Positions 60,422 to 64,000 of a DNA stretch of 64,000 bases are shown piece after piece. Where the stretch lies: contig CAWIBO010000005.1 in the NCBI GenBank assembly GCA_963834385.1, positions 32,001 through 96,000 of the forward strand. The letters are read 5' to 3'. Within the stretch, counting starts at the first letter, position 1. Each line of letters begins with the position of its first letter. Position numbers and translations under genes: made by a program. The notes beneath the pieces are model-generated. The model was given only the letters and a program-made list of their open reading frames with translations. It was not told the origin of the DNA and did not search any database. This DNA is from an uncultured Verrucomicrobiae bacterium. Its GTDB lineage: Bacteria > Verrucomicrobiota > Verrucomicrobiia > Chthoniobacterales > UBA10450.

Positions 60422-61843
60422 GTGCTCTTCAACTCGCTCACCTTCGTGATCTTCTTCGCGGTGGTGCTCGCGCTGCACCATCTGCCGTTGCCGTGGCGGG
60501 TGCGGAAGTTCAACCTGCTGATCGCCAGCTACCTGTTTTACGCGGCCTGGTCGCCGCCCTTCGTCATCCTGCTCTGGATCTCGACGCTGGTGGATTGGTG
60601 GGCGGCGAAGAAGATCCACGTGACCGAGGCGCCGGGGCGCCGGCGGCTCTGGCTGTTTCTCTCGATCGGAGCCAACCTCGGCATGCTCGGCTACTTCAAG
60701 TATGGCGGTTTCCTGCTGGAAAACTTCGCGCAGCTCATGGGCTCGTTCGGGGTGGCCTACCAGCCGCCGGCCTGGGACATCGTGCTGCCGGTCGGCATCT
60801 CGTTTTACACCTTCCAGACGATGTCCTACACGCTTGACGTGTATCTGCGCCGGGCGCGCCCGGCGGATTCGAAGCTCGATTTCGCGCTTTTCGTGACCTT
60901 TTTCCCGCAACTGGTGGCGGGCCCGATCGTGCGGCCGACCGATCTGCTGCCGCAATTCAAGACCCCGCACACGGCCACCGGCCCGCAACTGCGCTGGGGC
61001 CTGATGCTGATGGTGGTGGGGTTGTTCCAGAAGATCGTGCTGGCGGACGGGCTGCTGGCGCCGGTGGCGGACAAGGTTTTCGGCACCAAGGACCTGCTCG
61101 CACCGCTGGATGCCTGGGTGGGGACGCTGGCGTTTTCCGGCCAGATCTTTTTCGATTTTGCCGGTTATACCACGACCGCGATCGGCGCCTCGCTCGCCCT
61201 CGGGTTCTCGTTGATCGACAATTTTCGTTATCCGTATGCCGCGATCGGGTTCTCTGATTTCTGGCGGCGCTGGCATATCTCGCTCTCCACCTGGCTGCGG
61301 GATTATCTGTATGTGCCGCTGGGCGGAAACCGGAAGGGAACGGTGCGCACCTACATCAACCTGATGTTGACGATGTTGCTGGGCGGGCTTTGGCACGGCG
61401 CGGCCTGGACGTTTGTTGTCTGGGGCGGGCTGCACGGGATTTATCTGTGCGTGGAACGGGTGTTGCGCGGTCGTTATGCCGAGGTGCCATTCTGGAAAAC
61501 GGTTTCCGGGCGGATCGTGCTCGCGCTGGTGACCTATTTCCTCGTCAACATCACGTGGGTCTTTTTCCGGTCCCAGGATTTCGGGACCGCGGCGCGGCTG
61601 CTGACGAGCATGCTGGGCCTGGACGGGTCGGGCAAACCGGTGCTGACGACGTGGCTGCTGCTGAGCGCGACGGTGACGATCGCGTTGATGCTGGTGGCGC
61701 ACTGGCGCATGCGGCACCGTCTTTTTCACGAGGAAGTGGCGCGCTGGCCCGTGCCGCTGACGGGGTTGGTCTGGGGGACGATGTTGTTCTTGATTGTCAT
61801 CACACAGGGAGGAGGCAATGCCTTTATCTACTTCCAGTTCTGA
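60422..61843 (+). CDS. MBOAT O-acyltransferase (AlgI/DltB-like)
   Basis: LPVGISFYTFQ, FFPQLVAGPI, FWRRWHISLSTWLRDY, GLWHGA. Confidence 0.93.
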   Translation: MLFNSLTFVIFFAVVLALHHLPLPWRVRKFNLLIASYLFYAAWSPPFVILLWISTLVDWWAAKKIHVTEAPGRRRLWLFLSIGANLGMLGYFKYGGFLLENFAQLMGSFGVAYQPPAWDIVLPVGISFYTFQTMSYTLDVYLRRARPADSKLDFALFVTFFPQLVAGPIVRPTDLLPQFKTPHTATGPQLRWGLMLMVVGLFQKIVLADGLLAPVADKVFGTKDLLAPLDAWVGTLAFSGQIFFDFAGYTTTAIGASLALGFSLIDNFRYPYAAIGFSDFWRRWHISLSTWLRDYLYVPLGGNRKGTVRTYINLMLTMLLGGLWHGAAWTFVVWGGLHGIYLCVERVLRGRYAEVPFWKTVSGRIVLALVTYFLVNITWVFFRSQDFGTAARLLTSMLGLDGSGKPVLTTWLLLSATVTIALMLVAHWRMRHRLFHEEVARWPVPLTGLVWGTMLFLIVITQGGGNAFIYFQF

Positions 61844-62913
61844 GCTACCGGGTGCGCCCAACCTGCCTTACCGGCGGGACGTGCCGGAGCGGCGGCTCGG
61901 GCTGGCCTGGGTGATTGCGCTTTTGCTGTTCCTTACCGGCCTCGGCATCTGGGAGGGTTATTGGCGCGCTTTTGGCGCGGGCCCGAGCATTCGGAACAGC
62001 GACGGTCTTTGGGCCATCGAGCGGCGGCGCGTCGCGGAGGAACCCGGCGACAAAACCGTGCTGATCGGGTCATCGCGGATGTTGTTCGACGTGCAGCTTG
62101 ATGTCTGGCAACGGCTCGCCGGCGAAAGACCGATCCAGCTCGCCTTCGAGGGGACCAGTCCGATTTACGCCCTGGAAGATTTGGCCGACGACCCGAAGTT
62201 CACCGGGCGCCTGGTGGTGGGCGTTTCGCCGCCACTCTTTTTCACCGGGTTCGGGCGGCGGCGCGAGGCGGTCGAGAACTGGGACCGTGAGACCCTCTCG
62301 CAGCGGGCCAGCCAGTGGCTTTCCATGCGCCTGATCGAGCCGTTCTTCGCCTTTTACGACGAGGACTTTGCCCTGATGACGATCGCGGAACGCCAGGATT
62401 GGCCGGAGCGTCCCGGCGTCCCGAACGAGAAAGATGTGCGGCGTCTTTCCGTCCAGGAAACGGACCGCAATACGCGGCTCTGGGACAAGCTGGAGCACGA
62501 TGCCGCCTACCAGGCGATCGCAAAGGGCATCTGGGCACGGATGCTTTTCGGTCCGCCGCCGTTTCCTCCAGAGGTCGGACGGAAAATGCAGGAGGAACAG
62601 ATTGGGCGGGCGGCGGCGGCGGTGAAGAAATTGCGGGCCCGCGGGGTGGAGGTGATTTTCGTTCGGTTGCCGTCGGCGGACGAGTTTCTGGCTTTTGAAA
62701 ACAAGGCCTTCCCGCGCGAGCGAAGCTGGGAGGTGCTGCTCGAGAAGACGGGCGCGCCCGGAGTGTATTTCGAGGACCACCCGGAGCTGCAGGGTTACGA
62801 GCTTCCGGAGTGGTCGCACATGTCCGGCGCTGAGGCCGACCGATTCACGGAGCAGCTTTATCGGGTGCTGGAGCGGAAGTTTGGCTGGGGAAAAAGGGCG
62901 GAGCCGGCCGTGA
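61818..62913 (+). CDS. MBOAT-associated SGNH-like hypothetical protein (in frame with pepE in this assembly)
   Basis: N-terminal TM, IGSSR, PEWSHMS; probable true stop in GTGA at 62910-62913. Confidence 0.65.
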
Positions 62914-63614
62914 GCCCGCGCTTGTTGCTCCTGAGCACCTCGACGGTGCACGGGAGCGGTTATCTCGAGTATGCGACGGCGGAGCTGCGCGATTTTCTCG
63001 GTGATGTCCGGCGGATCCTGTTTGTCCCGTTCGCGCTCCAGGATCACCACGCTTATGCGGAGCGGGTCCGGGCGCGCTTCGCCCAGCTTGGGATTGGGGT
63101 TGATTCGCTCCACGAAGCTTCGGACCGGCTGGGAGCGGTAGGCGCGGCCGAGGCGATTTTCGTTGGCGGCGGCAACACTTTTCGTCTTTTGAAAAGGCTG
63201 CACGAAGATGGGCTGCTCGAGGCGATCCGCGCGCGCGTGCGCGGGGGTGCGCCGTATCTTGGTTCGAGCGCGGGCTCGAACGTGGCGGGGCCGACCATTC
63301 GCACGACGAACGACATGCCGATTGTCGAGCCTCCCTCGTTCGCGGCGCTGGGGCTGGTCCCGTTCCAGATCAACCCGCATTATCTCGATGCCGACCCGGG
63401 TTCGACCCACATGGGCGAAACACGGGAGGAGCGTCTCGTGCAATATCTGGAGGAAAACGAAGTGCCGGTGGTGGCGCTGCGCGAAGGCGCGATGCTGCGG
63501 TGCGAAGGGGGCCGGTATCGGCTGCTTGGCCGGAACGGTGGTCTCCTCTTTCAGCGCGGTGCGGCGCCGATCGAGCTCGTGCCCGGGGCGCAGCTCGACG
63601 ATCTCCCGCGCTAG
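62910..63614 (+). CDS. pepE: Dipeptidase E (peptidase S51)
   Basis: LLLLSTST, FVGGGNTF, GSSAG, RTTNDMPI, QINPHY, HMGETRE. Confidence 0.92.
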   Translation: MSPRLLLLSTSTVHGSGYLEYATAELRDFLGDVRRILFVPFALQDHHAYAERVRARFAQLGIGVDSLHEASDRLGAVGAAEAIFVGGGNTFRLLKRLHEDGLLEAIRARVRGGAPYLGSSAGSNVAGPTIRTTNDMPIVEPPSFAALGLVPFQINPHYLDADPGSTHMGETREERLVQYLEENEVPVVALREGAMLRCEGGRYRLLGRNGGLLFQRGAAPIELVPGAQLDDLPR

Positions 63615-63617
63615 CGG

Positions 63618-64000
63618 CTAATCATCGTAATGGCGTGAGGCGTCGCGATAATCGCGGTGGTCCTTGTGCGTGATGTGCGCCGGCGGCTCAGGGGCGTCCG
63701 TCTCGCGCGCTTCGATGCGGTTCTTGAGCCACTCGAACCACTCGCACCAGGTGTCGCGGCCGAGCCGGCGGCGTTCCCCGTCGATATAACGTTCGAGCTT
63801 CTTCCATGAGAGCAGGATTGGGCCGCTGAAAAAATCCTCGACCACCTCGATGGTCAGTTCGCCGGTGAAAACGAGCAGGCCGATGCTCTCCCACGTCCCG
63901 GTGATGTGATAGACATCGTCTTCGCCATTTTCGCCCAGCACCTCCAGGACGGTGGCGCGATCCGCGGCCTCGGGGAGATTGACGACCACGCGGAGCGAGT
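63618..64000 (-). CDS. Hypothetical protein (5' truncated by window edge)
   Basis: WESIGLLV..WKKLERYI..WFEWL ORF. Confidence 0.55.
   Translation of the reverse strand, partial: SLRVVVNLPEAADRATVLEVLGENGEDDVYHITGTWESIGLLVFTGELTIEVVEDFFSGPILLSWKKLERYIDGERRRLGRDTWCEWFEWLKNRIEARETDAPEPPAHITHKDHRDYRDASRHYDD

Noticed and set aside
61794..63614. Novel SGNH-like/PepE fusion protein (606 aa)
   Set aside because: A GTGA stop/start overlap at 62910-62913 follows homopolymers (gggg aaaaa ggg); one indel would give two normally coupled genes

Overview
High-GC bacterial chromosomal segment; gene style and intergenic repeats suggest a Verrucomicrobia/Chthoniobacterales-like host (inference). 1-29 kb holds housekeeping and metabolic genes (sucA-sucB-lpdA, recO, pxpBCA, kynU, upp, tmk, holB, transporters). 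About 31.8-50.3 kb is a large chromosomal integron: intI (49244-50266, +), attI (~49142-49200) and about 28 minus-strand cassettes delimited by attC sites of at least four sequence families. It includes three toxin-antitoxin cassettes, a duplicated cassette pair, two ~290-bp attC sites with tandem 69-bp inserts, and an IS110/IS1111-type element inserted in the first attC whose 3' non-coding region contains a 9-10 nt match to its target. Most attC sites carry a frame-conserved mini-ORF whose TAG lies in the R' core just before the next cassette gene. 50.3-64 kb holds fabG, a hybrid two-component system, a vanadium haloperoxidase, EamA, MBOAT and pepE genes, separated by six modular short-tandem-repeat blocks. 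Many single-base frameshifts in conserved genes suggest long-read indel errors, so pseudogene calls are uncertain.
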